Notes: generated from the letters alone by a model not told the origin. Numbered from the whole stretch's first letter, positions 24,385 to 36,594 are shown. The stretch is 54,517 bases of DNA, filler included, from Sphacelaria rigidula (GCA_964200075.2; 5 parts of 5 records of this genome joined end to end with filler, not necessarily neighbours in it); one strand, 5' to 3'. A program made the numbers and translations.

Positions 24385-24751
24385 CTGCTCGGATGATATA
24401 ACGGAGAGACGAATTAAGCGTGCCGACGTGCGGCCGGACAGAGGAGGGCACACAAGAGGCAAACGCATGTGGGTAGGGGGACAACGTACAGAACGGCGAC
24501 GTGCCAGGTACGCTCACAGTTAAAATCACAATCGTTGAAATGCCATAGGAGAACAACGCAATCCCTGAAAGCGCCACGCGCTTTCCGAATCGAACCACAA
24601 CTCCCCCCTTACGTGCGTGCAGGCCGAACAGACATCACATACCGTTCGAACCCAAGACGAGCACAGAAGTACTCAGGACCATTTTGGGGGCACAACGTGA
24701 ATATATTCCACGCCACTCCAATATAGTGAGTCAAGACGAAGAAAAACTTAC

Positions 24752-24973
24752 CCGGTGGTGACAAGCACCGGGAGGCCACGTGCGACCCGCTCCGACAGCG
24801 CCATCCGCTTGCCGCCGCTACCTTCATCCTCTCGGTTCGCGTGACCACGATTGCCAGCCTTCCGCCGGAGGTACCAAGTGGTCCCCAAGCCCAAGCATAG
24901 GCCTATTAGTTCTATCCACGGAGTGGAGAACACGGCGTATAGACATAGCTGCAAGAAATGATCATCTTTCACG
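24752..24973 (-). CDS. upstream exon of the same kinase gene (transmembrane segment + basic loop)
   Basis: Strong pyrimidine tract then TACAG|C at 24974/24973. Encodes VKDDHFLQLCLYAVFSTPWIELIGLCLGLGTTWYLRRK...RVARGLPVLVTTG. Donor CCGG|GTAAGT; phase 2 is compatible with the 24384 acceptor. Confidence 0.7.
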
Positions 24974-26179
24974 CTGTACAGGCCAACGGAGAAGAGAAAA
25001 AGAGGCGCAATTTGTGGAACTAAACGCGAATATTGAGAAACCGGCTGATGGGGACAGCAAAAGCAAACAGACGGTAATATGCGAGAACCACGCAATTGTT
25101 AACACGCTCGTACACACACACACACACCATGGGGAAGGGGGGGAGGGGGCAAGCAGGCACACAGGTGCTCGATAGCGTCCCTTTATTTCATCGTTCTTTC
25201 TGGATGTGCGTCTCTCGGGGAGAAAGTGTGGCAAGACAAGCATAAACAGATACTACCAAGTACAGTACTATATATCGAGCGACACAAGACAAGAAAAGAC
25301 GATACCATGGAGGGTGGATGAGAGGCTCACGTGGAAATGACGACCGTTTCTTCTCTATCCATCCCGCGGCCGAGGGCTGATGCCAGCTTCCGGAAAGCTC
25401 GTGGCAGCGGCATCCCCGCCCCACCGCCACCGCCGCCGCCACCGCCACCGTCGCCGGCGACGTCGACAACTTCACGTACAGCTCTTGATTAGTCTTGCTT
25501 GCGCAAAACATTATGTCACCGGAATCACCGGAGTCACCGGTGGCACAAACGACGAGACAAGGGAGGTGATGGACGGTTTACTCATGATCTTGCACGCCAG
25601 AGTCATGAGACCATTGACCTCACATCCCCACAAAGCCGGGAGGGAGCACGCCGGGTTTATGTTGGACCGGGCTCGCAATCGGTCACCAAGCGCCAAGGGT
25701 TGTCACGTGTTCCGCGAGTCGCATGAAGGATGAGCTGCATCCTGCTGAGGTTGTTCCGACAGGAGCGTACTGATTATCTTGCATATAAATGTCGACCCAC
25801 AATGAGTTGCTTCATTTTCTGGTATTGCCACTCACAGAGACAGCCGCGGGTTACACACTGCCTCATGGGTGTCTCACCATGGGGGGAGGAAATGTATCTG
25901 CTGGACTTCAAACCCCCTACTGTACTTCGCCCTGACCGGTTTTAAGGCTCACCAGTTGACCCGTGTCTTACCGAGACCGAAATATCCACATTCCAAAAAC
26001 ACTCCCCCCATATCTGATCCTGCTCAGTAACATGACCAGTGTGGCTCTTGACGAAAACCCACGAACATCAAGACTTGCAAAACAAAAAAAACAAACATTT
26101 GGGACGATGATTCATTGATGCATGCACCGAAGAGCAACGCGGCGGAACGGTCACAAAATTTTGATGCTTCATCGTAGAC

Positions 26180-27043
26180 TAGGCCTGCCAGAGTCCTCTT
26201 GTGCCGGCATAGTTTCTAGCATAATTCGTATTTTTTTTACCGAATTAGCATACGAGCATAACGCCAGCATAATCAGGGCTGAGCTAGCATAATCCTCCGT
26301 TCAGCGGCACGATCCGGTAGCGTAAAAACCGCTACCGGCTGTTTTGATTGTAGAGCATGATTTTTACAATCAAACACAAAAAATACAGCGTACAGTACAG
26401 TGTACAAAGTGTACAGCATACAGCCACGAGCTACGAGAGGGGGGACAGAAAGACAGAGGACGCAGAGGTACAGAGGTACCAGGTTTGGCACAGGCGCCAG
26501 CCAGCGATGATACGCCCGGTTTTGAGCGACTGATTGGCTTGCAAATAGCCTCGACCCGTGCTGTCATACCCTGTGGATCATGACCATTTGAATAAATCTC
26601 GGACACACATCGCCTGTAGAGGTACTCAGTTCCGGAGATACGACAGTACGTGCGCTGTCCGCGCTGCATCGTGCTGAAACTTCGCCCACATGTCATGTGA
26701 AGTACACAAAACAAGCCCGAATCGTTGACTCTGGGCTTGTGACTTGAAGCAGCACGCAACGGGCCGAAAAGAGGTCAGTTTCTGTTCCAATAATACGTTT
26801 TTTAAAAACCATCTTTATTTTGGCGAAAGACTGTGATACAACGACAACCAAATGCACTACGAATGCACGGCACACGGCACTGATGTCTGCGAAGCAAATT
26901 TGATGCATATTTCTGCTTGGTTGCCAGCATAAAAGAGGCATAATTGCAGCATATTGCACGTTTTTTGGAGCATAATCTGAAAAAGTGGGCATAAACGAGG
27001 TGGCATAATCGGCGAAAAGAGGAGCATAAAGGATTCAGGACTA
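26180..27043. mobile_element. degenerate hAT-like element with GCATAA subterminal repeats
   Basis: Ends TAGGCCTG...CAGGACTA; flanks TCGTAGAC / TCAAAGAT (5/8). GCATAA is clustered at 26219-26293 and 26927-27029. Confidence 0.45.
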
Positions 27044-27047
27044 TCAA

Positions 27048-27350
27048 AGATGTGGAAAAGAAGCGGGCAACGCGACATACAGACAACACAGCTTTCTGAC
27101 AAACTGCATACAGGAGGGTGCGAAGCAGATGTGAACCACGAGTAGCTTTGCACCGCCTCTACTGTCCATGAGCGCATTGACAATTCGATCGCCCACCCCA
27201 GCACGCAACTCAGTCGGTCGACCCTGCCAAGAAATTAGATGCCCAAGTTTTCGCCAAGAACAAGAAACACATCATGCCAAAACTGTGGTGGCGTCGGTTT
27301 CCCATCACTGCAGTGTATGTATCCCTGCGCTCAGTTCGTGATCTATGCCA
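27048..27350. repeat. dispersed repeat shared with 37394-37700
   Basis: GATGTGGAAAAGAAGCGGGCAACGCG...CATACAGGAGGGTGC...GAAACACATCATGCCAAAAC...AGTTCGTGATCT occurs in both places, on different contigs. Confidence 0.85.
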
Positions 27351-28504
27351 GATACTACCCAATGAGTTTTGCGTAATTCTGTGAAAGGGTAGTATCTGGC
27401 ACAGTTGTCTGCAACACAGGAGTTACGTGACCCTTCGTTCATTCCGCCGCTCGTTTCGCTCGAAAAAACTAAGCTCTTCTGTTTTTGACCCTGCCCGTCA
27501 CGCGCAACTAGTTATAAATTAGACTTGAAGGCATCTGAGAACATAAATGCCGTGGACGTATCTGATGCGGCCTCATAGCGACCAATTCGATTTGACCGCA
27601 TGCTTTCGAGTCGGAACTTTTTTTTATTAGACACGGCCTGAGGGCGTGTCACATCAAATTGTTTTCGACTCGAAAACGTACGGTGGGTTCGAATTTGCTC
27701 TTACCTGATACGTCTACGGCATCCATGTTCTCAACCATCTGAGAAAATAAATAGCATGGGCGAATCAGAAACGAGGGAATTCGATTCGACCACACTTTTT
27801 CGACACGAACACAATTTGATAAGACACGGTCTCAGGGTCATCTATTCAGTACAACGATTGCGCCGCAACTTCATGTTCCTCTACGAGATGTGTAATTTTT
27901 CTGGACGACAGCCCGAATGATGTCGAAAAAAGTTCGAGATGGAAACTCTTCGGACAATCACTTTCCCGACGACAGATGACACCGCCATAGACCACCCGGG
28001 CGCCTACCCATTACAATTACCAGCTGCAACACATTACATCTTGTCCGGGCCCAGCGCTCGTAAGATCGTGAGGCAAGGCACGGCTCTCGAGTATGACCAG
28101 GTTCTAGAATAGTGATGGTGATTTTAGTGATATAGTCATCCCGTCACAGAGCTTGTCTTGGATCAACGCGACCTCTTGGTTGTGGAGCAATCACCGTTTT
28201 TTTTGTGCACGGGGACAAAGGCACCTGTATTTTCCTTGTGTATGTGTGTGTTCGAGAAGGGTTCTGAGATGGCCTTGGAGGACCAAGGGCCTCTCTCGGG
28301 GTCTAGGTGGGTAAGAGCACGTCAAGAAACTGATAGAATTGTGGGTTGAGAAGTCTTGTGAGTTGAAAATTGGTGCTTACTCCCCCTGGTTAGTTCTCAC
28401 CGTGGACCTCGACCGTCGGTTTCATCAGCAAGGAACTTGCGTGTACATGAGCGACAAATACAGTCCCGCAGCAGGTTCTACAAATGTACCAAGTTGCTTC
28501 ACGA

Positions 28505-28511
<7 letters not shown>

Positions 28512-28545
<34 letters not shown>

Positions 28546-28912
28546 TTGTGTGTTGTCATCCCACTTATTCTGGACGCCAGTCTAGACCTTTCGGTATATG
28601 TGGGCGCATCAGCCGGGGTCACACAGGAGGAAGGCCAACACAGAAGATTTTTTCTCTTCTTCTTCTTTTTTGTTCTAGTATACTCCACCTTCCTTCTGCG
28701 GTGCTTGCCTTTTTTTTTATTATCGCGAGAGGAGTTCAGCAGTCCCTTTCTCTCGTCGACCGTGAAGTCGAACTTCCGTGTATCCACGACATGGTCACTC
28801 TCCACTGTTGGGCATAGTGTGAGAAAAATCCCAGATCGTGTGACTGCACCGAGATTCGAACTCACGACCCAACCGTCAGAAGGTTTCGAGGTTACCAACT
28901 CAGCCACCGGGG
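28512..28912 (-). mobile_element. full-length tRNA-derived SINE (family 1) with (CA)n tail
   Basis: Minus-strand head GGTGGCTGAGTTGGTAAC...AACC-TTCTGAC-GGTT...GAGTTCGAATCTC contains an A box, an anticodon-like arm and a B box. Body of about 300 nt, then a (CA)n tail at 28512-28542. Three further partial copies lie in the window. Confidence 0.85.
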
Positions 28913-29336
28913 AGTACTTGGGGGGGAAACGAAAAATGCACCCCGTCCATCCTCGATTTTTGCACCCTTTGGCCGCGAGCATGGGTCATTTGTTGAATTT
29001 GCGCCAGTTTCTCTTGAAGATTTGCTGTTACACCAGTCAGATAACCTAACCTCGCGGTCAAGGGGTTAACGCCGATCCAAAAACCAAACATGGGTACGCT
29101 TTGTTCCCAACACTCCCCGGTTGCGCACGGGTTCCGTTAATTTGCACCTAGCAGTGTCGGTCATGTAAGAAACGGTCTAATAGTCCGTAAAAACATTGAA
29201 ACATGCAAAGACGTTCCGGATAATAATACACACACACACACAACTCGCTTAGCTATACTTGTACCGTACCGCAAGATTGCCAAATCTCTGCTACACCACG
29301 ATAAATCCTTCTGGGGCAACAGTATTTGTTCGTGAC

Positions 29337-30480
29337 TTATTTCATGTGGACTGGAAGGTAGGTGGGTCGCTTGTTGCCGTAATCGATAATTTTTTCAAAC
29401 CCGAATGATTGTTCTGGCAAGATTGCTTCGACGATCTGGGAAGCTGCACCCCTTCGCTTCGAAAAGGACCCCCCCCCGACAGGGATGAAAGTATATTTGC
29501 ATGGCCCAATAGACGCTGCGAAAAATACTAAACTGCGATTTCGGATGGGGGACCTGGACCTGCCAGAAAGAAGGAAGATGATATACCAGTCGTTGAAAGG
29601 ATGAGAAGGATGGACAGCACTGCCTCTGTGGCAAAGCAAGAGAGAGCAGAAGTCATTTAGTGGCAGAATGTGAACTATACAAGGAGGAACGGGACGTGCT
29701 AGAGGGGGAAATGCGGGACGTGGACAAAGGTGGCATGAAATCGTTTGATGCATTAGACAAAAGGGAGAAAACGATGGCTATACTATACTAGGAGATAGAT
29801 GGTGGCCAGAGACGGCGAAACAGGACGGGGATAAGATATGTAAAATGTTTCTGTGTAATGTACGGAAGGAACGTAATGAGCTTTTGAAGAAACATGATGA
29901 GCGCCAGCATGTAGGACGTGTCTCTATTGGGAGTAAGAACGGTGCTTCGTCTCGAAAGGGATGCGTGGTCAATGGTCAAACGACTAAGGCAAGCAACAAA
30001 TGAGTACGCCCCCCCCCCGCCTCGTGCAAATTCCAGGAGTGTCAGCTGCTGATGCTGTTCCGAGACGAAGCTGGCGGTAAAATTCTTGACAAATTGACGG
30101 ACTTCTTCCCATGACAATGACAGCGGCCGGGTACTCATTCAGGAAAGCTCACCGATCGCCTTTGGCGGTCAGAGCTCCGTATTGATGACTTCGGCGACGC
30201 CACGCCAATCATATTAATTTGTGTAGACGGCACTTTCGCGAAAATAACGCGCGACAATGAACGCCCTGACTGATGCTGCTTCGAGGTGCGGTCTCTTCCG
30301 TCTAAGATGAGGTCTCCGCCGTCCACTTGTATATCTTTCTGTTGTATCTGACGACACAATGTCGATCGACGGATAAATCAGCGTTGAAATGGCATCACTT
30401 TTTCTCGATTTGAAGATGAACTGCCGCCCGTTGGTGGAACAAGTTGTACTACTATTGTACAAACGGTCACCATCAACACA
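29337..30480 (-). pseudogene. decayed ORF (possible transposase N-terminus) interrupted by the LINE
   Basis: One frame with 3 stops: VRAFIVARYFRESAVYTN*YDWRGVAEVINTEL*...SWEEVRQFVKNF...LLEFARGGG. It continues on the other side of the LINE as GGGSFSKRRGAASQIVEAILPEQSFGFEKI. Confidence 0.4.
29481..30008 (+). mobile_element. 5'-truncated LINE (ORF2 C-terminus with CCHC zinc knuckle), frameshifted
   Basis: Translates GMKVYLHGPIDAAKNTKLRFRMGDLDLPERRK / HCLCGKARESRSHLVAECELYKEERDVL / LGDRWWPETAKQDGDK...RKGCVVNGQTTKASNK*. CxC-x8-H-x4-C knuckle; flanked by C9G and C10G. Resembles Ectocarpus LINE-derived peptides as I recall them (not searched). Confidence 0.8.
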
Positions 30481-32615
30481 GACCACCACAAAGATGAAGT
30501 GAATAGGAGACTGCATTGTGACGGACTTCAAAAACCACCTGGACATGTTCGAAGTTTGTTCAACTTCAGCGTTTTCCGGGCGAGACCCCAACACCAAGCA
30601 CTATGCACACAATCCCAAGTGCGTATTGTACGGTCGCATTTTGTCCATGAGGGTAAGGGGGCTTGGAGGGTCCCGACAACGCACTCCTGAGGCAGAAGAC
30701 CAAAAACTCGTTTCAACGTTTTGTTCCGGGGTACAACAGCCAGTGGAGAGACTCTACAAGACCACAGCACAACAGTACAGTACAGTAGCGCAGAACGGAC
30801 CAGGCGGGTGTGCAAGACGATAAAGTCTGGCGTCGTGAAGGCATCATTCGCACCATTCGTCCACTTTCACCACCAGCATCTTGCAGAACAATGCGATTGC
30901 TGAAATGACCGACTACTGTACTGCACGTACGATGATAAGAGTGTCGTACGCTGCTCTACAGGCCGTGAGCGGGAAGTATGTAGCACGTCATATTTTCGAC
31001 GATTTGGGTTGCGTTGTAGGTTTACAGAGGGGTCACAGGTTGGATATATCCTCGCGGACCCGGTACACAACTCTACTCATTTGCTGCTGCGTAATAGTCA
31101 GCACTTGAAGTGCAGACAGTACAGCGTACACCCAGCTTTCGTGTTTGTAACCGACGTGTCCGGAGCGCCGCACGAAAGATGACGGCATAGTTTCAAGGAG
31201 TATGCTAACCTTGTAGCGCAAGCGCTTGGCACCGACGGTGCAGTCGGAGTCAACAATCCAGAACACCGTAAGAGTATGTTCTGCGTCCTGCCTGGGGCAA
31301 CGCGGGGTTTGTTACTCCACACAGATCAAACTGCGTCTCTGTGACGACGCTGACCGCACTGCAGTTGTGCTATTTCGAGTATTCGTCCGATACGGTAAAC
31401 TTCCATGATTACCGTCCTGTGGGGGGTACTGCGCATATGTTGTCCTGCACGGGGGTGGCACTCTACCGACTGTTCCGTGCTGTATGATGCTCTGCGCTGC
31501 AGATTGCCCTGTGGGTTGCATGATCTGGGCTTGCACAGTGATCCCCAGGACGTGTCCGTCCGTTGAATCGGCATCAACTCTCGAATAAAATGATTTCCCG
31601 ACGACTCATGTGTCCATCTGAGGGTGCTCAAAGGCTGTATCAACTTTACTGTTGGGCAGTAGCAACACAGCTGCACATCCTGCGATTTGTCTATGGTGCA
31701 TGCCAAACAAGCAGGGAAGTACCGTTGGCCTGAAAGCCTAAACACGTGGGGGTTTGCAGGCGGTGACACGTGCGGAAAGAGGGGAACATGGGGTACATCC
31801 TTTGAATAGTACTCTTAACAGTATTTGAATTTTGGTCTGGTCTTATATTTCGGCTTTTAATGACGCTACGAATCACATGTGCCGTGCAACATTTCTCAAT
31901 CTGTCAGAAATATCTTGGAGAGAGTGTAAGATCAAAAGATCGATTCTTGAGTCTTGTGCCACACCACAACAACATGACAGCGGACGATTGACAACAGTGC
32001 ACGCGCACGCGCGAAAATCACAACTCATGTGCGCATTTTGTCGGGTTGCTGCGGTTGTTGCCTGTTCTATTCTACGGTAGTCACGTCCACGTGTCGCCGT
32101 TTTCCGTTTCCTTTTCCAAATGCAAAAACAGGATACGAATGAAACCATAAAGGTGAAGAGTAAAAAGTTCTGATAAAGCGGCGCACACATACAGCGCACA
32201 CTTGACCCTAAACAACAGACAGTACTTGTAGTACAAATACAACAGTTACCGTATAGCCACCAGTAGAGAGGGTACTCGTATGGACGTACAGGAAAATTGA
32301 AAATAGGGAGGACAGTGGGAACCCTAACCGACGTCTCCGCGGAGAAAACCGAAACGTTCCCATATTGCAGTACAGCACAGGGGAATACAGCATAAAACAT
32401 ATATCGCACAGTCGGTATTATGACCCTCAGAATCAAAACATCCAATGCACACACTACCGCGTCATAATATTGTCACCCGCGCCTTCAGATGTTTTCGAAG
32501 TTTGGGCAGCGAACAACGTGAGGAGAGCTCAACGACACAATCGATGAGCACACCATCCAACGCCATCATGAATCAAAGACGGATTCATGCTGTAACGCAC
32601 ATACCCACCGCATCC

Positions 32616-32616
<1 letters not shown>

Positions 32617-32672
<56 letters not shown>
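32617..32672. repeat. poly-C tract at contig end
   Basis: 56 consecutive C. Confidence 0.95.
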
Positions 32673-32772
32673 NNNNNNNNNNNNNNNNNNNNNNNNNNNN
32701 NNNNNNNNNNNNNNNNTTAATTAATTAANNNNNNNNNNNNNNNNNNNNNNNNNNNNNNNNNNNNNNNNNNNN
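32673..32772. other. artificial contig linker
   Basis: N44-TTAATTAATTAA-N44; linker at 32717-32728. Confidence 0.98.
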
Positions 32773-32859
32773 TGCAATGAAGGGATGGGACTTCAACCTC
32801 ATATTTTGTTTCAACCCCAAAAATTAGGATCGGCTGTTATATGTTGTCAAGTTTTCCAC

Positions 32860-33092
32860 GATCTTGAAGAGGCTTTTGTGGTTTGGGATTGACACCCCGC
32901 GAAAAAGGGCCAATTTGAGCGACTTCCGGTGGCCAGAACACGCGCCACAGGTATCAGATGACACCCAAACCTAAACGGCAATGTACCGCCGAGCCTTCTC
33001 GGTGCGCTGCAATAGGACTTGTGGGAAGAAATGCCTTGCCGCGAGAGAAAACTCGGCAAAAGCGGTGAAAATGTGAAATGATAATGTACATA
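32860..33092. repeat. direct repeat A (about 230 bp), partner at 35197-35428
   Basis: Shared GACACCCCGCGAAAAAG, CCAGAACACGCGCCACAGGTATCAGAT, ATGCCTTGCCGC and AATGTACATA. Confidence 0.85.
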
Positions 33093-35196
33093 ATACACAT
33101 TGCGCGTAAAACAGTGTTGCGCCAAAACCAAAAAGAACAAAAAATCGGAACAGAATCTCACCACTTTTCTCTCCAGTGCGCACTCCTGCAGCAGACAGTA
33201 CTAGATATAGCGACGTAGAACTGTTGACTGTGGTTTGTACAACATATGAGCAAAGTTTCAGCGCCTCGCAGCGGCTACAGCGCGCGTAGGGTCGTGCGTC
33301 ATGAAATGCGCAGCTCTACATACTGTGTGCCGATCGATACACTACAGATGGTCATGATCCAGAGAGGATTGCAGTACAGACTGGTGTCAGTTTTCTACCA
33401 CATCGACCGCCCAGCCCCGCTAAATGTCCAAGTACGTGCATCTGTGCGCGCACATATGCTTTCACCTGTAGTGCGCGAAGTCTGGGCAGCTGCATGGCTG
33501 ATTTGAGAGCGCATGGATGGCATTCCCGACAATGGGCTCGGGCCATGTTGTACGATGTTCCCAGGCCCAATCGCGTGGATGCTTCGGGCATATGTTCCCT
33601 GTGTTGTGACCAACTAGTGTGCAAAGTTCCATGATGGAGTACGCAGTCACAGGCGGGAAATCCACAATTCAAGTTGCACTGAAAAATGGTGGTTTGCCTG
33701 CGGAAAGTACTCAAATAAACATGAGATGCGGTTAGGCCCTGATTACGCCGCACGTCATATGCGGTTATGCAGTAGTATGGTACGGGAATACTGTCTGCAG
33801 ACCGTACATTGCGCATCAGCGTATTATACTGTACTTTATAAAGTGGTTACGACGGAGTTTTCAAACTTCAAATCCATCAGCTGCGCCGCCCGACATGCAT
33901 CCAAACGATTGTGGCGTTCTCCAGTGCGACGAAAGTAAATGATATGCTTCTTTTTCAAGCGGATTATACACTCCATATACTACGCCCTGGGCGCGGTGGT
34001 GCGCTGAAACACCAAGTGTGGTCGCCACCTATCGTCGTACAATGGGGCCCGCAAGACACCTGCACCGAGCAACACCATGCACACCACCAAACGCGGAATA
34101 TGAACACGTTCTCGACCTGCAGCTTGTGCCGACGATCTAGCCTTGAACATAGCTTTTCAGATATGCCATGTGTTGGGCCGTAGGGCGTCCCTCTGGGGCA
34201 CCTCGCTCATGTGAACTACACCTACTTTGCGGATGATCCAAGCTGGTAACTTACACAATAGTTCTTGTCTGCGAAGATCGGCGTACATTTGACTTTTTCC
34301 TTCTTTTGGGGCAACACTAAAAGCACTGACGGGGCTTGTACGACCGTGCCTCCTGAACTGAAGTGAGTATCTCTATAGGCGATACCAAGATAGTTACCGC
34401 ACAGAATGACATCATCGAAAGTGTGCCCAATACGGATCGATGCTCGTTTGCCGGCGTAGGAACCACCCAGCAGGTCATGATGTGGAAGTGAGCGCATCTG
34501 CGTGTCCATATATGCATCCACTGACGTCTCACACTGTCTGGGCCGAGGGGACTCCGTTTTGAGGGCGTATCGATGGCATAGCCCAGAATCCGTATTCACT
34601 TCGGGCGTCTAGTGCACCACGTAAAACGTGCCGCTGATCCGGGAATATGCTGTCTGTGTTGTGGTCTACCTCTATGCCAATTTTAAGGCTGGTTCGTTCA
34701 GACACGGCGAAGAAATCCACAAGCAAAGTAACGCTTGATTTATACTGAAAATAAAGTACTAAGCCCTCGGAAGATACATGAGGTGCGTACTCGTATGATT
34801 CTCCCCATCATCCCTGTCACGAGGACACACCTGTTAACCCTGTCACAAGGATATCCCTGCGCCAGTACTTCACAGGTGCATCCTACGGGTTGCATGATCA
34901 GGGATTTCGGGACCCCGCTTTACTGGTTTTACACAGCTGACCCACAGTGGGGACGTTTGCTCACGTGTGTGCCTTGTTCAACTCGTCAAAGGCTCACCGC
35001 ACGGTCTGGTGTACACCGCTGACTAAGGCCAAGGCGATGGTCAATTGTTTTCAACTGCATTGCTCTCGTGTTCACGTGACATGGGCGAATATAAGCTGTG
35101 TTCTCGTGCTCCCAAATGAACGGGAACCCGACGAAGAGAAACACGGGGGGAAAATACCCCGCCAACCATCATCCTGCTGCTTGAAGTTTTTCATGA

Positions 35197-35428
35197 ACTT
35201 GGGAAGGTTTTTGTGGTCTGGGATCGACACCCCGCGAAAAAGAGCCATTGCGGGCGACTTTCGATGACCAGAACACGCGCCACAGGTATCAGATAACACC
35301 CAAACCCGAACGGTAATGTAGCGCTGCGCCTCCTTCGTGCACTGCAAAAGAAAGCGCGTGATGAGATGCCTTGCCGCCAGGGAAAACTTGGCAAAGGTGG
35401 TGAAAAAGGTAAATGATAAATGTACATA
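35197..35428. repeat. direct repeat A, second copy
   Basis: Diverged copy of 32860-33092 in the same orientation. Confidence 0.85.
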
Positions 35429-35459
35429 CAGTATATATTAAGGAGAAGAAACATATGTG

Positions 35460-35610
35460 TAATAGAAACCAATAATATTGACCTATATTATATGGTACAT
35501 AATATATGACATATAGTATATGAAATATACAATATGATATGTAATATATGAAATGTAATATATTATATATTATATATCATATAAAATATATTATATATAA
35601 TGTATAAGGA
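35460..35610. repeat. AT-rich low-complexity tract
   Basis: Degenerate (AT)n / ATATA run. Confidence 0.85.
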
Positions 35611-36594
35611 TCTCTACTATCTACGGCAGCTGACCGCATCCGCCAACGCTGCGGCAAAAACCCAGGGGACACACAGCTGGGTGTCCCCCCCCCCCCTTAC
35701 CCCCCCTCAAAAACTCGAATTTTCAATCTTGGGGCCTACGTGTCCCGAAATATATTTTCGACAGAACCTTGGTGACGCGTGTACTTTTGGCTCACCTCCC
35801 ACAGACAGGGATCACTTAAAGTGAATTGAAATTATCTTTGCCTTTTCGATTGACAGCTGCATAGTTGTCATGTGCTCGTTTCAACTCTGTGTACAGCACT
35901 TTGGTGCCACCCCACTTCTGTGCAGGCCGGAACACAGCATGCAGCACTACAACTGTTCACGCACTCTCCAGCAAACATCACACTCTGATCGTCGTAGAGT
36001 GTGTAGATGCACAACAGCATAGCGACGACTAGAGCGAAGAAATGATGGGTGTGGGAAGCGCTTTGTTCGTATGACTGGAGTGTCTAGAGACCGCTGCGTG
36101 CCGACCGCAATATTTTTCGAAGCGAACGCCATGACAGAAATAGAGCAACTCAGGCAGTCAGTCCCGGTGGAGACCAAGCCGTCTTCGAAAAGGCCTGGAG
36201 ACACGACAGCGCAGCGACAGCTACAGCGCAAGAGACGGCGCATGAGTGTGTTTATGCTGCGGCAGAGTGATACAGGACATGTCCCATGCGATAGTTCTTC
36301 CCCTGATTTCGGATGGGCTTGATTTTGGCAGAGAGGCGGATTTCAAACGCTGGGCCACTTTATTTCACCTTGAGTTATCTCCCTGCTTGCTGCTCTACCT
36401 TGCCTGTTGCGGGAGGATGATCAGCGGTACGGTAGCTCCCTTGCGGGGTTGGATGATACACCATTGTTGTACTACAATTTGTCTGCTGTCTGCTGTGCGG
36501 TATCTGTATGTACAGTAGGTTCTATACGAGTTGTCTGCTGTCTGCTGTGCGGTATCTGTGTGTATAGCAGGTTCTAAAAAGCACAACACTGTAG

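Noticed and set aside
21862..24396. Long plus-strand ORFs antisense to the kinase exon (also those opposite the bZIP exons)
   Set aside because: Shadow ORFs of GC-rich coding sequence with no independent motifs.
13597..24973. bZIP and kinase as a linked signalling cluster
   Set aside because: They lie on different contigs separated by an artificial linker.
28840..28912. Functional tRNA gene (also 45461-45535)
   Set aside because: A and B boxes are present, but the acceptor and D stems do not pair properly and each head is attached to a dispersed repeat body, so these are SINEs.
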